DNA of 64,000 bases, taken from the IMG/VR virus record IMGVR_UViG_3300045988_050969; one strand, written 5' to 3'. The stretch is from a virus. The notes below the pieces were generated by a model. That model was not told where the DNA came from, searched no databases, and worked only from the letters and a program-made list of their open reading frames with translations. The position numbers and the translations under genes are program-made. Below are positions 1-9,490 of this stretch, one piece after another (the first letter of the stretch is position 1; each line of letters starts with the position of its first letter).

Positions 1-23
1 AAGTGAAATGTCCAAAAGTGGGT

Positions 24-47
24 GCTGCGAAACATCAGCAGCTTTTG
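24..47 (+). terminator. GC hairpin plus T-run, possible terminator of a gene upstream of the window
   Basis: GCTGC (24-28) pairs with GCAGC (38-42), 9-nt loop, followed by TTTTG (43-47). Confidence 0.3.
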
Positions 48-660
48 TAAATCAGTAGTTTTAGTAACGTTTCTCAACAGAAACGACCCTCATTCGCCAA
101 GTCTATTTAAGATAAGAATGTTGTAATAGCTTATATGCCCGTAGATAGTATCGTACTATTGATGATGGAGCTCTCTACATCTTTGCATCAAATCGCGTTG
201 TAGAGTACGGCAGGGAAAAGGTAGGTGTTACGAGTCCCCTTAAGTACAATCTCGAAACCCAAAAAAATTGCAAATATTAACAGATATTAGCACACATTTA
301 GTTTTTTAGTACAAATGGTGATAAATATATGAAGGAAAATAAGCTACAGTCAAGTAGATATTTGTTATATACAAACGCTAATATGCGAAAGTTTATAACC
401 TAGTAATATATAGGATCGTATTTGAACACTTTTATCGTATAATTGCAAAAAAATATTATCAAAAACTACCAAAACGTGTGTTACTCAAGTTATTGAGTTA
501 ACCACTTTCTTTCATAGCTTTTATAAAGCGGCTCTAAGAGACAGAGCAAAGTGTATAAAAAAGAGTAACACAATAATTATGTAGTTTAAAACATTTAATA
601 TTAACATGATTAATTTCTCGCTAAAGAAATCAATCTTAAAATCAAAAAGGAGAAATAAAT

Positions 661-1227
661 ATGAATGAAATGAACGCAGTGATCAATCCTGAATTGATCG
701 GTAAAAACAGAGCTACTCTTGAGTCTTGGAACTTAATTGGTAAAAAGATTTTCGTTGTACGGCGGGAGCCAGCAGATCTTATGTTTAATGATCGTAAACG
801 GGATGGTGATCCAACTTTGACGATGAAACCAATCATGAAGTACATCATTGAAGGTACTAATATCTTCGGTGTACGGTTAGTTCCACTTCCTGATAAGACT
901 ACTCTTGTAGTAGAGTTGAACAACAATCCAACTCTGCAGTTTAAGATTGGACCTGCTAAGTTCCGTGAAGTTACTATGGAAACTATCACGGAAGCGGTAG
1001 AAAACAATGAGAAGAATTCTTCTCTTGGACGGGAACCGATTTTGTTCGACGATTTGATCTCTCTTACTGAGCAGGTTAATAAGTTGAATGCTCTAGAGAA
1101 AGCAAAAGCTGAGGCTATTGCAGAAGATATGCTTAATCAGGCTAAATTGTTAAGCGATCTTAATGACATTCATTTAACGGAGTGTGATAAGTATTATACT
1201 GAACTTGGCACTCCTATTACGAAATAA
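661..1227 (+). CDS. hypothetical early protein (188 aa)
   Basis: Intact ORF, AAAGGAG 8 nt upstream of ATG, TAA stop. No motif recognised. Confidence 0.7.
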   Translation: MNEMNAVINPELIGKNRATLESWNLIGKKIFVVRREPADLMFNDRKRDGDPTLTMKPIMKYIIEGTNIFGVRLVPLPDKTTLVVELNNNPTLQFKIGPAKFREVTMETITEAVENNEKNSSLGREPILFDDLISLTEQVNKLNALEKAKAEAIAEDMLNQAKLLSDLNDIHLTECDKYYTELGTPITK

Positions 1228-1235
1228 TTTGAGCT

Positions 1236-1769
1236 ATGTCAAAAGTAAGACTAATCTCCAAATCTCGGGAAGACTTACTAAAGCTTTTATTAAAAGATAA
1301 TCGTATTAGTAGCATTGTTCTTTTGAATAATGAGATTCCAGAATCAATTGTTATCAATGACGATGGGTCGGTAACATTTGGTAGAACACCAAAACATTGG
1401 TGGAATCAAATTTTTCGAGATTACACAACTCTGTCCTTTACAGATTTGTGTTTTAAAATGCTTAATGCATTTTCACGGTATTTACCAAAAGATAGTAATT
1501 TACCACGAATTCTGACAGAAGAAATCATTACTAACGCTATTAATAAGCAGCAGTATGATTTTGTTATTGATCGATTTGTTATGTATGCTTTTCTAGGTGT
1601 AACAGAAGGCGACTACAAATTGAGTATCCTACAGCTGATAGATGAGAACCCACAGCAACAGCAAAAAAATGATTGTGGTCGAAAAAAACGTTTCCGGGGT
1701 GAAGGTATTGCATATCTTGATCTTGGAGGAGGACAAATTCCAATTGGAGTACGTCTAGAAGAAGATTAA
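1236..1769 (+). CDS. hypothetical early protein (177 aa)
   Basis: Intact ORF starting 8 nt after the previous stop, TAA stop. No motif recognised. Confidence 0.65.
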   Translation: MSKVRLISKSREDLLKLLLKDNRISSIVLLNNEIPESIVINDDGSVTFGRTPKHWWNQIFRDYTTLSFTDLCFKMLNAFSRYLPKDSNLPRILTEEIITNAINKQQYDFVIDRFVMYAFLGVTEGDYKLSILQLIDENPQQQQKNDCGRKKRFRGEGIAYLDLGGGQIPIGVRLEED

Positions 1770-1944
1770 TTATTCATGAATAAGTATTAGCAGATGGACG
1801 CTTATTCATACTTTGGATTGAATAGATTTGTTTAATAAAGTAGTACAAAGTATAACTAAGTTAGTAGATTAGATGTAAATATCTACTTACTATAGTTATA
1901 TAGAGAATGAAAACATTAAACATTTATATATAAAACCGTAGAGC

Positions 1945-1975
1945 CCAAGACGATGGGTCGGGCATCTTGGTTTTA
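1945..1975 (+). terminator. hairpin plus TTTT directly upstream of tRNA-Leu
   Basis: CCAAGA (1945-1950) pairs with TCTTGG (1965-1970), followed by TTTTAT. Confidence 0.4.
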
Positions 1976-1976
1976 T

Positions 1977-2062
1977 GGCCTTGTGGCGAAATTGGTAAAC
2001 GCGTCGGACTTAAAATCCGATGATCAGAAATGGTCTTGAGGGTTCGATTCCCTCCTTGGCTA
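1977..2062 (+). tRNA. tRNA-Leu, anticodon TAA (class II, long variable arm)
   Basis: Anticodon stem TCGGA/TCCGA with loop CTTAAAA (anticodon TAA). D region with GG. T arm GAGGG-TTCGATT-CCCTC (2038-2054). The acceptor as drawn (GGCCTTG/CTTGGCT) has two T-T mismatches, so the ends are approximate. Confidence 0.75.
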
Positions 2063-2128
2063 CACAGGTAAGCGATTTCTAATATACGATATTTAAATCA
2101 AGTATTAACTAAATAATATCAACTATAT

Positions 2129-2650
2129 ATGAAATCAATTACAAGAACTATTAAGCCGAACATGTTAATCGATAAGCGTGATAAATTAACTAATGAAATT
2201 TCTCGTTATTGGAAAATTATAGCAACAGAGAATGTACTTAAGAAAGGTTTAACACGCAATTATGACCTAAAATCTCTATTAATTCATATTAGAGCAACAT
2301 ATGATGAATTAGTAATTGTTAAATTACGTATTCAGTGTGCAAATATGGGTATTAAGTTAAAGGATTTATCCAGTAATGCAAATATTATTAATATCTATAA
2401 GCTATCTGCTTTAAATGAGTATATGGTTAAGTTAGATGAAATGATGAAGCATCATACAATTAATCCTGTACTTAAAGCTAAACGAGGAAAGAAAGGTCTG
2501 GCAGTAAATGAAGAACTTACGTATAACTATTTACGTGCTAAGAAGAATGAATGTTCGTTACCATTAAATGAATTACGAAAGAAAATCGCAGAATTTAATG
2601 ACAATACTGATTTGAATGAGGAAGAAATTCCTTTATTCTTAGCAGCATAA
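2129..2650 (+). CDS. hypothetical early protein (173 aa, helical/basic)
   Basis: Intact ORF, TAA stop. No confident family assignment. Confidence 0.65.
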   Translation: MKSITRTIKPNMLIDKRDKLTNEISRYWKIIATENVLKKGLTRNYDLKSLLIHIRATYDELVIVKLRIQCANMGIKLKDLSSNANIINIYKLSALNEYMVKLDEMMKHHTINPVLKAKRGKKGLAVNEELTYNYLRAKKNECSLPLNELRKKIAEFNDNTDLNEEEIPLFLAA

Positions 2651-2700
2651 GAAAATCATATTTTTTAAAAATTTAAAAAAAAATAATAAAAGTAATCTTA

Positions 2701-2769
2701 AAGGGATAGATAAGTAACAATTGGCGGTAATACGTCGAATGTGAGGTGTGTCGGAGGCATCTATCCCTT
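2701..2769 (+). terminator. long-range hairpin (11-bp stem) plus T-rich tail; terminator or structured RNA
   Basis: AAGGGATAGAT (2701-2711) is the exact reverse complement of ATCTATCCCTT (2759-2769). It encloses 47 nt that include TGTGAGG (2740-2746) and is followed by AATTTTTAAT. Confidence 0.4.
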
Positions 2770-2798
2770 AATTTTTAATCTTTAAAAATAATAACATT

Positions 2799-3473
2799 AT
2801 GAATAAGACTGATCAACAGAAAAATAATAAGTATATCAATTACTGGACAAAAAATGGTGAATCTTCTAAAGAAGTTAATAGAGCAATGAAGATTGCAATT
2901 ACGACCACTTATAAAGATAGTAAAGGAAATTTACGTACTCGTACAACATATCGTCATCCTAGATTGAATGATTTAACGTTTGAATCTTTACCAGCAAAAA
3001 GTTTTGCTCTCACAAAGGAACAAAAAGAGGAAAGATTCAATAATGCTAAATATAGTGATAAACATGATAAGTTAGTATCTAATCTATATGGAAAGATAAA
3101 CAACATCTTTAAGAAGCAAGCAGAAAAAGCAGCACATGAAGATAAAATTAATAATATCATGTTCAATAAAAAAGTACGTACTTTAGTAAGTAAGCAGAGA
3201 GTTAAAGGTGAATATCCTAATTTGCTTATTATACAGAGAAAAAATAGTAAAGGTTTGCCATATGATTTTAGCATAAATCCATCTCGTAAAACATTAGAAG
3301 AACTTCGTAAAGACGGAGAAGAACTAAATAATATATTTAGTAAAACTATGCGAGATTATTGTGGTATCGAAATTTGGGAAAAGTCTCGATATAAACTAAA
3401 AGGAACAGGTGTTCCAACAAATTATCGTTATTGTATCTTTAAAAATAAAGAAATTACTAAAAGTGCAGCATAA
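2799..3473 (+). CDS. hypothetical basic protein (224 aa)
   Basis: Intact ORF. Its stop overlaps the next start (TAATG). Confidence 0.65.
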   Translation: MNKTDQQKNNKYINYWTKNGESSKEVNRAMKIAITTTYKDSKGNLRTRTTYRHPRLNDLTFESLPAKSFALTKEQKEERFNNAKYSDKHDKLVSNLYGKINNIFKKQAEKAAHEDKINNIMFNKKVRTLVSKQRVKGEYPNLLIIQRKNSKGLPYDFSINPSRKTLEELRKDGEELNNIFSKTMRDYCGIEIWEKSRYKLKGTGVPTNYRYCIFKNKEITKSAA

Positions 3474-3697
3474 TGAGAAAGATTGATAAATTAGATGTTA
3501 TACATATCAAAAAGAAAGCTGATACGTATATTAAAAAGAACACTGAAATTAGAGAAGGACAAGCTTTATTTTGTGCTTCTTATGATTTGTTCCCTAAATC
3601 AACAGATAAATTATCTGGAACACCATGTGATTGTTTTTATGAAGATAGCAGAATGCCCATTTTTTTAGAAGAATTACAAAAATTAGACGCTGAATAG
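3473..3697 (+). CDS. hypothetical small protein (74 aa), terminates at TAG
   Basis: Intact ORF coupled to the previous gene by TAATG. The stop codon is TAG (3695-3697), next to hairpin GACGCT/AGCGTC (3686-3701). Confidence 0.55.
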   Translation: MRKIDKLDVIHIKKKADTYIKKNTEIREGQALFCASYDLFPKSTDKLSGTPCDCFYEDSRMPIFLEELQKLDAE

Positions 3698-3704
3698 CGT
3701 CTTC

Positions 3705-3778
3705 GGTCCTATAGCTCAATTGGATAGAGCAACAGACTTCTAATCTGTAGGTTTTGCGTTCGAGTCGCAATAGGATCA
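3705..3778 (+). tRNA. tRNA-Arg, anticodon TCT
   Basis: Acceptor GGTCCTA/TAGGATC (one G-T pair). D arm GCTC-AATTGGATA-GAGC. Anticodon stem ACAGA/TCTGT with loop CTTCTAA (anticodon TCT). T arm TTGCG-TTCGAGT-CGCAA. Total 74 nt. Confidence 0.9.
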
Positions 3779-3797
3779 CTAACTAAACTTTAATGAT

Positions 3798-5804
3798 ATG
3801 CAAATACGTGGAAAAGCGGTATTTGTATTCGATATCGAAGTATTTCAAAATATATTTCATTGTTCTGTAAAAGATACAGAAACAAATACTATTTATAAAT
3901 TTGAAATATCAGAGAGAAAAAATCAACTAAGAGAATTAGTTAAATTCTTTAAACAAGTAGATAAGTACATTACTTGGGGAGAATATTATACTACAACTAG
4001 ACAAATAGAATCTAATATTATATTCTGTGGTTATAACAATTTACATTATGATAATCCAATAATCAATTATATAATTGAATATGAGGATACTTTAATGAAC
4101 CATAATGTATTTACTATTTGTAGTTCTATATTTAACTTAAGTAAGACTATTACTACTTCTAAGGAAGATAATATAGATACATGGAAGCGTTGGAAGTATC
4201 AGATATGGTTTGATACTTTTGATATTCTTACTATGTTATATTCTAATAAACTTAGAGTAGGTTTAAAGGAAATTCAAGTAACAATGCAATATCCTAATGT
4301 ACAGGAATTTGTATGTGATTGGACTAAACCTCTTCCTTTAGAAGATTTTGACTCTATGATAGATTACAATATTAATGATATTGAATCTACTTCAGAATTA
4401 TTAAATAGATGTAAGGATGCAGTTGATTTACGTATAGCTATTGAAGATGAATATGGAGTAAGAGTACTTAGCAAAGATGGTGTAAATATTGGAATGAAGA
4501 TTTTAACTCAGAAGTATCTTGAAAAAACGGGTTTAACCTGGTGGGATATAGAAGGTTTAAGATCTCCAATGGATTATATTCCTTTAAAGGATGTAATATT
4601 ACCATTTATTAAGTATGATAGTCCTATTCTAAATAGAGTACTAGAAGATATGAAAGATCAGATAGTATCTCCAGGTAGAAAAGGATATGAAAATAACTTT
4701 GTATTTGCAGGCTTACGTTATACTGTAGGAGTAGGAGGAATTCATTCTAAGAATGATCCTGAAATAATTATTCCTAAAGAAGATGAAATGCTTATAGACA
4801 TCGATGTCGCATCTCTATACCCAAGTATGTTAATTGAATATGGATTCTATCCTAAACATTTAGGACCTGAATTTCTAGAAGTATATTCTCAAATTAAAAA
4901 TGAGAGAATAGAAGCAAAACATAATGGAGATAAGGTAAAGAATGAGACATTAAAGTTAGCTCTAAATGGTTTATCAGGAAATCTACAAAATGAACATAAT
5001 TTTTGTTATAGTCCCGAAGCTGTAATGAAAATTAGAATTAATGGACAGTTATTATTACTTATGTTAGCTGAAAAGTTAACACAAGCAGGATGCCGAATCA
5101 TCCAAGCTAATACAGATGGTTTATTTGTATTACTTAAGAAAGATAACTATCAACAGGTTAACACTATTTGTAGAAATTGGGAACAACTTACTAAACTTAC
5201 TCTTGAAGAAGAGCGTTTTGAAGCTATGTACCAATACGCTATTAATGATTATATAGCAGTAACTACACTATATCCTGATATGAAGAAAAGATTTTTATCA
5301 GGAGAAACAATAATAAGAAAATCTACAAAGAAACCTTATACTTGTATTGAAGAAATACAAGAGGATTTCATAAAAACAAAAGGAATGTTCATTACTAAAG
5401 TATTATTAGGTAAAGGATTATCTGCAAAGATAATACCTGAAGCTATAATAAAGTACTTTGTAGATGGTACACCAGTTGAACAAACTATTAAAGAATGTAA
5501 AGATATTAAGAAATTCTTAATGTCTGAGAAAACTGGTAAACAATGGCATGTTGAATATATGAACAAAGAGCAACAGAGAACTAATCGTTTCTATGCATCC
5601 ACTAATGGTGGATATTTGTGGAAATGGAAAGATAACAATGGAGTACAAGCATATCAAAATATGCTATCTTCGTCTGGCGTTACTCTTTTAAATAAATTTG
5701 ACGATAAACCAATAGAAGAGCGCAAAATTAATTATAGATATTATCTTAGAGAAGCTCTTAAGATAATTGAAGAATTACAACCAAGACAATTAGAACTGTT
5801 TTAA
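3798..5804 (+). CDS. family-B DNA polymerase with 3'-5' exonuclease domain (668 aa)
   Basis: Exo I FVFDIEVF, Exo II YNNLHYDNPII, Exo III YNINDIES. Pol motif A DIDVASLYPS, motif B KLALNGLSGN, motif C QANTDGLFV. Confidence 0.85.
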   Translation: MQIRGKAVFVFDIEVFQNIFHCSVKDTETNTIYKFEISERKNQLRELVKFFKQVDKYITWGEYYTTTRQIESNIIFCGYNNLHYDNPIINYIIEYEDTLMNHNVFTICSSIFNLSKTITTSKEDNIDTWKRWKYQIWFDTFDILTMLYSNKLRVGLKEIQVTMQYPNVQEFVCDWTKPLPLEDFDSMIDYNINDIESTSELLNRCKDAVDLRIAIEDEYGVRVLSKDGVNIGMKILTQKYLEKTGLTWWDIEGLRSPMDYIPLKDVILPFIKYDSPILNRVLEDMKDQIVSPGRKGYENNFVFAGLRYTVGVGGIHSKNDPEIIIPKEDEMLIDIDVASLYPSMLIEYGFYPKHLGPEFLEVYSQIKNERIEAKHNGDKVKNETLKLALNGLSGNLQNEHNFCYSPEAVMKIRINGQLLLLMLAEKLTQAGCRIIQANTDGLFVLLKKDNYQQVNTICRNWEQLTKLTLEEERFEAMYQYAINDYIAVTTLYPDMKKRFLSGETIIRKSTKKPYTCIEEIQEDFIKTKGMFITKVLLGKGLSAKIIPEAIIKYFVDGTPVEQTIKECKDIKKFLMSEKTGKQWHVEYMNKEQQRTNRFYASTNGGYLWKWKDNNGVQAYQNMLSSSGVTLLNKFDDKPIEERKINYRYYLREALKIIEELQPRQLELF

Positions 5805-5852
5805 CAGAATCTAACATATTGTATCAAATTCTTATAATTGTCATAAACTTTA

Positions 5853-6419
5853 ATGCTTATGATACTAGAATTAGATACATCTCTATTAAACAAATTTAGT
5901 ATATCAATTAATCAATTAGTATTTATTAGCCTTGTATTGAATGATAATCAAATAAATAATCAAGACATTCATGAACTTCTCAGCCGAGTTAATGAAGAAG
6001 AAATACAAGACTTAGTTCAACGTAACATTATCGTAGTTACTATTTCTGACGATAATAAAATTTATAGTCCTTCAGAAGAACTACTTAGTTTCATTAAAAA
6101 AGATGAACAAAGTATGTTTGATGAATTCTATGAAGTATTTCCTATTTACGTAACAAGACCTGATGGAACTAAAGGTTTTCTTAGATCTAATGTAAATAAA
6201 TGTAGAAAAGAATATAATCGTATTATCGGTAAGTCTAAAGCTATGCATGAACATATTATATCTTGTTTAAGATATGAAATAGATGATAAGTTGCAGACAG
6301 GTAAGATAGGTTATATGAAAACTATGTGGAAATGGCTTACTCAACATGAGTGGGAATGTTACGAAGAGCAAATGAACGAACAACAAAACGCAGAATTATA
6401 TGGAACAACAGTTATTTAA
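5853..6419 (+). CDS. hypothetical protein, possibly replisome-organizer/helicase-loader-like (188 aa)
   Basis: Intact ORF immediately upstream of, and overlapping, the helicase gene. The FDEFYEVFP...K...EY segment resembles the FxxFWxxYP motif of phage replication organizers (weak). Confidence 0.5.
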   Translation: MLMILELDTSLLNKFSISINQLVFISLVLNDNQINNQDIHELLSRVNEEEIQDLVQRNIIVVTISDDNKIYSPSEELLSFIKKDEQSMFDEFYEVFPIYVTRPDGTKGFLRSNVNKCRKEYNRIIGKSKAMHEHIISCLRYEIDDKLQTGKIGYMKTMWKWLTQHEWECYEEQMNEQQNAELYGTTVI

Positions 6420-7383
6420 AACACTACCATATAAGACTATTGCTGAAGTAACTAATGAATCTGTTAGCTATATTCAAGCAAGAAAAGATAGAACTATTAT
6501 TCCTCTTAAGACAAGATGGAAAAAGTTCAATAGAGTTTGTTGTGGAGGATTAGAACCAAATATGATTTTAACGATTGCAGGAGGTTCTGGATCTGGTAAA
6601 TCAGCATTTGCAAATACACTTGAAACTGATTTAATTGATCTTAATACAGATCAAGAAATTGTAATTTTAGATTTTTCGTTTGAGATGCTTAGTTATAGAC
6701 AAATAGGTCGAAAACTGAGTAATCGATTAAGACGCACTACCTCGGAATTATATAGTGCAGAAGACAGTATAGATGATGCTACATTTACTAAAGTAAAAGA
6801 AGAAGCAGAACGTATTAAGAAGTATCAGATATATTATATAGATACTCCTAGTACTGTTGAAAATATCGAAAAAACTATAGATTATTTCCATGAAACAATA
6901 GCTAAAGACAAATGGCTAATTGTTATCCTAGACCATGCTTTATTAGTTGAAGGAGATACGGAACGTGGAACAATAGTAGATTTACAGAAAATGTTTATTC
7001 GTAAAAAGAAATTATCTAATACGAGTATTATACAGATTTCACAGATGAATCGAAATATTGAATTACCTGATCGTATAAATAACCCATCTATGCATTTTCC
7101 GTTGCGTAGTGATTTAGCTGCATCAGATGCTATATTCCAAGCAAGTGACTATGTGATAGCATTATCACGTCCAGAATTACTTAATATTCAAAGTTATGGA
7201 GTCAATCGCTTACCTGTGAAGAATAAGGTATATCTACATTTTCTTAAAGTAAGAGATGCTGGAGAACCTTGTATATTAGAGTTTGACAATGAACTTAAGT
7301 ATGGTAATCTGATAGAAACTGAAGGAAATACTACTATGCAGCAAAATGTAGTATTTAACAATAAAAATAGGCTGAAATTATGA
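6400..7383 (+). CDS. DnaB-like replicative helicase, RecA-type core (327 aa)
   Basis: Walker A AGGSGSGKS, Walker B LIVILDHALL, and SQMNRN matching the DnaB SQLxR motif. Confidence 0.75.
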   Translation: MEQQLFKTLPYKTIAEVTNESVSYIQARKDRTIIPLKTRWKKFNRVCCGGLEPNMILTIAGGSGSGKSAFANTLETDLIDLNTDQEIVILDFSFEMLSYRQIGRKLSNRLRRTTSELYSAEDSIDDATFTKVKEEAERIKKYQIYYIDTPSTVENIEKTIDYFHETIAKDKWLIVILDHALLVEGDTERGTIVDLQKMFIRKKKLSNTSIIQISQMNRNIELPDRINNPSMHFPLRSDLAASDAIFQASDYVIALSRPELLNIQSYGVNRLPVKNKVYLHFLKVRDAGEPCILEFDNELKYGNLIETEGNTTMQQNVVFNNKNRLKL

Positions 7384-7928
7384 AAAAGACTTTTACAATA
7401 ACTACTCCGAATGCAAAATGTGATCCGACTGGTGAATATAAGAATTATCTTTTGAAGCGTTTGCTTACTAGTTATCCAGAATTAGTTATTGACGGTATTG
7501 ATACTAAGGAAACTCCGTTTAGTTATCAGTACATTGGCCCAAACAACAAGATACGTTTCGGTGCTGATTTATTTTCAAAGTGTGACGTTGCTAAGTATAT
7601 GGATTGCAAATATTGCCCGTATGCTACACCATATTATCCTGCTGAAAAAGTAGAAAATTATAATTTAGCAACACAGTTTGCTCTTGCAATGAAACGTTTG
7701 GACGATTATGCAAAGGCAAAACGTAATTATAAACCTCTGTACGATTTTCGATTAGCAGATGGAACTCCTGTTAAGGAGTATGGAAATTTCATCCAGGTTG
7801 GTTATAAACTAATTCCGAAATACGATCTTAGTTATTTTAATACAATCAATGATGAAGAAAAGACTATCATTAATAACATTATTATTATGATTAATAATAC
7901 TGAAATTAATGCAGAACTTAATATCTAA
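7380..7928 (+). CDS. hypothetical protein (182 aa)
   Basis: Intact ORF with an ATGA overlap with the helicase stop. Confidence 0.6.
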   Translation: MKKTFTITTPNAKCDPTGEYKNYLLKRLLTSYPELVIDGIDTKETPFSYQYIGPNNKIRFGADLFSKCDVAKYMDCKYCPYATPYYPAEKVENYNLATQFALAMKRLDDYAKAKRNYKPLYDFRLADGTPVKEYGNFIQVGYKLIPKYDLSYFNTINDEEKTIINNIIIMINNTEINAELNI

Positions 7929-8011
7929 TAACTTTTACTTTACATAATACAAATTTTAACATAATATATCATAAACTATCATATCGAGTAAAGTAGTATA
8001 ACCTATTTAAT

Positions 8012-8752
8012 ATGTTAATACTACCAACTGAAAAAAATACGCCAAAAGTACAAAATCCTAGATTTTTAATACTTTTTGGAAAACCTAAAGCTGGTAAAAC
8101 AACATTACTTTCTATGCTTGAAGGATGTCTTATAATAGACTTAGAAGGAGGTTCAGAATTTCTTGAAGCTCTTTCTATTCAAGCAAGAAGTGTAAGTGAT
8201 TTAGGAGAAATCGCTAACTTAATACGTCAAAAGATTACTGAAACAGGTAAGAAACCTTATAAGTATATTGCAATTGATAATGCAACACGCTTAGAAGAGA
8301 TATGCTTACCATATGCTGCTACACTTTATAGGCAAACTCCTATGGGGAAAACCTTTAAAGGAGATGATGTAAGACAGCTCCCTAACGGATCTGGATATTT
8401 ATATCTTCGAGAAGCAGTAAAGAAAGTAATTTTTATGTTTAAAGAGTTATGTGATAACTTTATTCTTATTGGTCATACTAAAGATAAGATGATTAATAAG
8501 GATGGTGAAGAGCTTACAGAAATGGCAATAGATTTAGTTGGAAGACTAGGTGATATTGTTTGCGGTGAAGCAGATGCTGTAGGTTATGTCTATCGAAAAA
8601 AGAATGAAACTCATATTTCATTTGAAGGTGGAGATAACTCAGTACGTGAAGCAAGAGCCCCTCATTTAAGAGGAAAAAACATAGTAATTGCAGAAAGTAA
8701 TGAAAACAATGAGATTACTACTCATTGGGAAAGAATTTATTTACCAGAATAA
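8012..8752 (+). CDS. Sak4-like / AAA_24-type RecA-family ATPase (246 aa)
   Basis: N-terminal P-loop LILFGKPKAGKTTL, Walker-B-like YIAIDN. Size and layout are typical of phage Sak4/AAA_24 proteins. Confidence 0.6.
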   Translation: MLILPTEKNTPKVQNPRFLILFGKPKAGKTTLLSMLEGCLIIDLEGGSEFLEALSIQARSVSDLGEIANLIRQKITETGKKPYKYIAIDNATRLEEICLPYAATLYRQTPMGKTFKGDDVRQLPNGSGYLYLREAVKKVIFMFKELCDNFILIGHTKDKMINKDGEELTEMAIDLVGRLGDIVCGEADAVGYVYRKKNETHISFEGGDNSVREARAPHLRGKNIVIAESNENNEITTHWERIYLPE

Positions 8753-8764
8753 AAAGATTAAGAT

Positions 8765-9376
8765 ATGTATAGTAAAGAAAGAGCACAACAGATAACAAAG
8801 AATGACGTTAGATTTATTCCTGCAGGTATTCATGAGAATGTACAATTAAAGAGTGCACGTTTAGCAGAATCTCCTACAGGTAATAAGTTTCTTGAGATTG
8901 TCTTTGAAAAAGATGGAGCAACTTTAACTCAGACAGAGTGGAAACCTACTAAGTTTGAGGGTATGGACGAAGCAGCATTACAGAAGAAAGAAGATACTCA
9001 ATTCTCTCGTATGATGCAAATTTTGCTTTGTTTTTATAAAGATGAACAATTGATTTTCAATGGTTCTACATTTGAAGAATTTGCTACGGAGGTAGTTAAC
9101 TATTTGAATAATGCAGATAAGTCTAAACTCGTAAGAGTAAAGATTGTATATAACAATAAAGGATATACTACTTTACCTTCATACGCAAAATATACGTTTA
9201 TCGAGCCTATGGTATTGCCTGAAGGTATGACTTCTGCAATTGTCAAATTAGGTATTGACAACTTTGAAAAACCTATTGTAGCAGATGTAGAAACTCCTGT
9301 AGATACACTTGATAGTGTAATTAAGAATGAAACAACTTCATTTAATACAGGTAATTTGAACGATTTGCCATTTTAA
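8765..9376 (+). CDS. putative single-stranded DNA-binding protein (203 aa)
   Basis: Sits between recombination/replication ATPases. The C-terminus ...NLNDLPF resembles the SSB acidic tip (DDDIPF type). No further motif support. Confidence 0.4.
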   Translation: MYSKERAQQITKNDVRFIPAGIHENVQLKSARLAESPTGNKFLEIVFEKDGATLTQTEWKPTKFEGMDEAALQKKEDTQFSRMMQILLCFYKDEQLIFNGSTFEEFATEVVNYLNNADKSKLVRVKIVYNNKGYTTLPSYAKYTFIEPMVLPEGMTSAIVKLGIDNFEKPIVADVETPVDTLDSVIKNETTSFNTGNLNDLPF

Positions 9377-9423
9377 TAAATAAGGTTTAAATTAAATGCC
9401 TACGCTAGGCTAATATAGCGATA

Positions 9424-9466
9424 CGAGAGTGTGAGTAGTATAACGAAAGCACTCTCGTTTGTTTTA
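9424..9466 (+). terminator. intrinsic terminator after the SSB-like gene
   Basis: CGAGAGTG (9424-9431) pairs with CACTCTCG (9450-9457), followed by TTTGTTTTA. The loop carries TGAGTAGTATAAC. Confidence 0.6.
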
Positions 9467-9490
9467 TGTCTAATTAAAAATCAATTTAAA

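Noticed and set aside
642-1007. Minus-strand ORF 642..1007
   Set aside because: It is antisense to the better-supported plus-strand gene 661..1227 (which has an SD and operon context). It shows no motif and has a shadow-ORF composition.
1977-2062. tRNA with TAA in the anticodon loop as an ochre suppressor
   Set aside because: Anticodon TAA (UAA) pairs with the Leu codon UUA. An ochre suppressor would need anticodon TTA. The long variable arm also fits tRNA-Leu.
3705-3778. tRNA at 3705-3778 as an amber suppressor, because CTA occurs in its anticodon loop (CTTCTAA)
   Set aside because: With the perfect 5-bp stem ACAGA/TCTGT the 7-nt loop places TCT at positions 34-36. The CTA is offset by one (positions 35-37). 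It is tRNA-Arg(UCU).
9431-9490. GTG start at 9431 for the AAA+ ATPase (ORF-track coordinates 9431..10636)
   Set aside because: The first 60 nt lie inside the terminator hairpin and T-run of the upstream gene and encode a hydrophobic, non-conserved-looking leader. ATG 9491 (MRLSKF...) is the more plausible start.
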